DNA from: a virus
Taxonomy: Duplodnaviria; Caudoviricetes
DNA length: 25,836 nucleotides
Virus record (IMG/VR): IMGVR_UViG_3300021432_000036
Span: 1 to 25,836 of that record
Reading direction: 5' to 3' (one strand)
Part shown: piece by piece, positions 24,642 through 25,836 of the stretch
How positions within the stretch are numbered: the stretch's first letter is position 1
How the letters are laid out: each line of letters opens with the position of its first letter
The notes under the pieces: model-generated
Seen by the model: the letters and a program-made list of their open reading frames with translations, nothing else
What the model was told of the DNA's origin: nothing
Database searches by the model: none
Program-made: the position numbers and the translations under genes

Positions 24642-24687
24642 TTTACAGGCGAAGGCGTTTTTATTAACATGAAATAACTATAAACGG

Positions 24688-25002
24688 GTGGCTAAAAAAC
24701 TTAATCCTAAAATCTTTATCGGTATGAAAAATGAAAAATATTTTGCTTTGCTCAAAGAAACATTTGGGGAAGACTACGCTAAATTGATGCTCAAGGAAAG
24801 ACAGGACGCAGAAGTAAGCGAACGCAATGCCCGTATAATCCTAATAGAGGATATAATGAAAGCCCGTAAACTAATAGGGTTGCCACCAAGCGTTAAAATG
24901 TTTGACCACCTCTATGATATGCCATTCGATCAATTACAACTTGCCTCAGTAATTTGGCACGATGAAGTATATTATCATAATTCTAAAACTAAAAAACCAT
25001 GA
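24688..25002 (+). CDS. Hypothetical protein (104 aa)
   Basis: GTG start, with an ATGA overlap to the next gene. Confidence 0.6.
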   Translation: MAKKLNPKIFIGMKNEKYFALLKETFGEDYAKLMLKERQDAEVSERNARIILIEDIMKARKLIGLPPSVKMFDHLYDMPFDQLQLASVIWHDEVYYHNSKTKKP

Positions 25003-25199
25003 GCAAGCCCAAAATAGAACTAATAAAACGTACCAATAAAACGGGGAATGTTTGGTATGATGTACGGGTAAACGATCAGACTGTTGACTTTTATCTTACT
25101 TTAGAAAAGGCAACCGAAAGGTATCATTTACGTTGTGCCGTACTTTCAGACCAAGAAAAAGAAGAAGTAATACTAACTAACAAAACCAAAACACCATGA
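24999..25199 (+). CDS. Hypothetical protein (66 aa)
   Basis: Translationally coupled on both sides. Confidence 0.65.
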   Translation: MSKPKIELIKRTNKTGNVWYDVRVNDQTVDFYLTLEKATERYHLRCAVLSDQEKEEVILTNKTKTP

Positions 25200-25468
25200 A
25201 AAAAAAGATCATTCCGCTACTTATAGCCGTTGTTATAATAGCGTGCCAATCTATGCGTAAGCCAATAGCCCTAACTAAAGAGCAGGCTTTCGCACAAGTT
25301 AAACAAGACCCTTACCATGTTAGGTATCTTGGCTTACCCGAAGAATTTACGCAGATGCGTAAGGGAGATACTATGTACGTATCAACAATCCATGATACTC
25401 TAAGTATAGGATTTTATAAGGCCCGTAATGGGATATTGCCTAACATATACTTGTATCTTGTTAAATAA
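25196..25468 (+). CDS. Putative lipoprotein
   Basis: MKKK, a hydrophobic stretch, then an IIAC lipobox. Confidence 0.65.
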   Translation: MKKKIIPLLIAVVIIACQSMRKPIALTKEQAFAQVKQDPYHVRYLGLPEEFTQMRKGDTMYVSTIHDTLSIGFYKARNGILPNIYLYLVK

Positions 25469-25472
25469 TTAA

Positions 25473-25509
25473 AAGAGCCGTATATCCCTTTTATGGAAGT
25501 ACGGCTCTT
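25473..25509. terminator. Intergenic hairpin, possible terminator
   Basis: 10-bp stem AAGAGCCGTA/TACGGCTCTT. The U tract on + is short. Confidence 0.45.
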
Positions 25510-25570
25510 ATAGATAACTATACCTAAATCCCAGCAACGGGCTATTCAAAGTTAATTAAAATAAATAAAC

Positions 25571-25836
25571 ATGAAACAATCATTTTTTTTGCTTTTCATC
25601 ACTTTAATAGGAATGTCTTGCTCAAAACCATCAACGACAATCACAACACCAACGAATAATAATCCGGTTAATCTTTCAGACAACTATTTTGATTATAAGG
25701 GCTGTATGGGATCGGGACGAGTATATTTAACCTCTTCTTTAACCAATTGCGGAATAGGAAGCAATAATGGGTTTACTTCTATAACTACCATTTATAATAC
25801 AAATACAAATTCAGAATATTTATCTTTTAGTGTAAA
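25571..25836 (+). CDS. Putative lipoprotein (runs off the window)
   Basis: Read by hand: MKQSFFLLFITLIGMSC-SKPSTTITTPTNNNP..., a Bacteroidota-style lipobox followed by a T/P/N linker. Confidence 0.65.
   Translation, partial: MKQSFFLLFITLIGMSCSKPSTTITTPTNNNPVNLSDNYFDYKGCMGSGRVYLTSSLTNCGIGSNNGFTSITTIYNTNTNSEYLSFSV

Noticed and set aside
1-25836. Stop-codon reassignment, known in some crAss-like phages
   Set aside because: Long genes are intact in the standard code, TAG and TGA both end genes, and no suppressor tRNA was seen.

Overview
This window is a segment of a crAss-like (Crassvirales-type) phage genome. The host is probably a Bacteroidota bacterium, judged from TAnnTTTG promoters, the lack of Shine-Dalgarno sequences and the lipoprotein signals; the genetic code is standard. 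Positions 1-20178 are read on the minus strand in this order: RHH regulator, small ORFs, HNH, a ~1.1 kb non-coding region with a sharp strand-skew flip (candidate packaging/terminus or origin region), PD-(D/E)XK nuclease, probable TerS, tmRNA, TerL, HNH-AP2, portal, HiPIP-like protein, scaffold-like protein, major capsid protein, conserved post-MCP protein, ring protein, two paralogous putative auxiliary capsid proteins separated by an HNH-AP2 cassette, and a second ring protein. From ~20390 a divergent plus-strand operon, probably early, begins with a ~440 nt structured leader followed by many tiny ORFs. The most notable observations are: (1) a duplicated putative capsid decoration protein fused to a DUF3494 ice-binding-type domain with regular TTGANT repeats; (2) three sequence-unrelated but structurally equivalent promoter-hairpin-terminator RNA elements with complementary (kissing) loops, each heading an HNH-containing cassette; (3) a tmRNA with an unusually long tag, wedged between terS and terL; (4) a highly structured early leader or ncRNA; (5) a GCCATG start context restricted to the early genes. 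All family assignments come from motif recognition by eye; no database searches were run.
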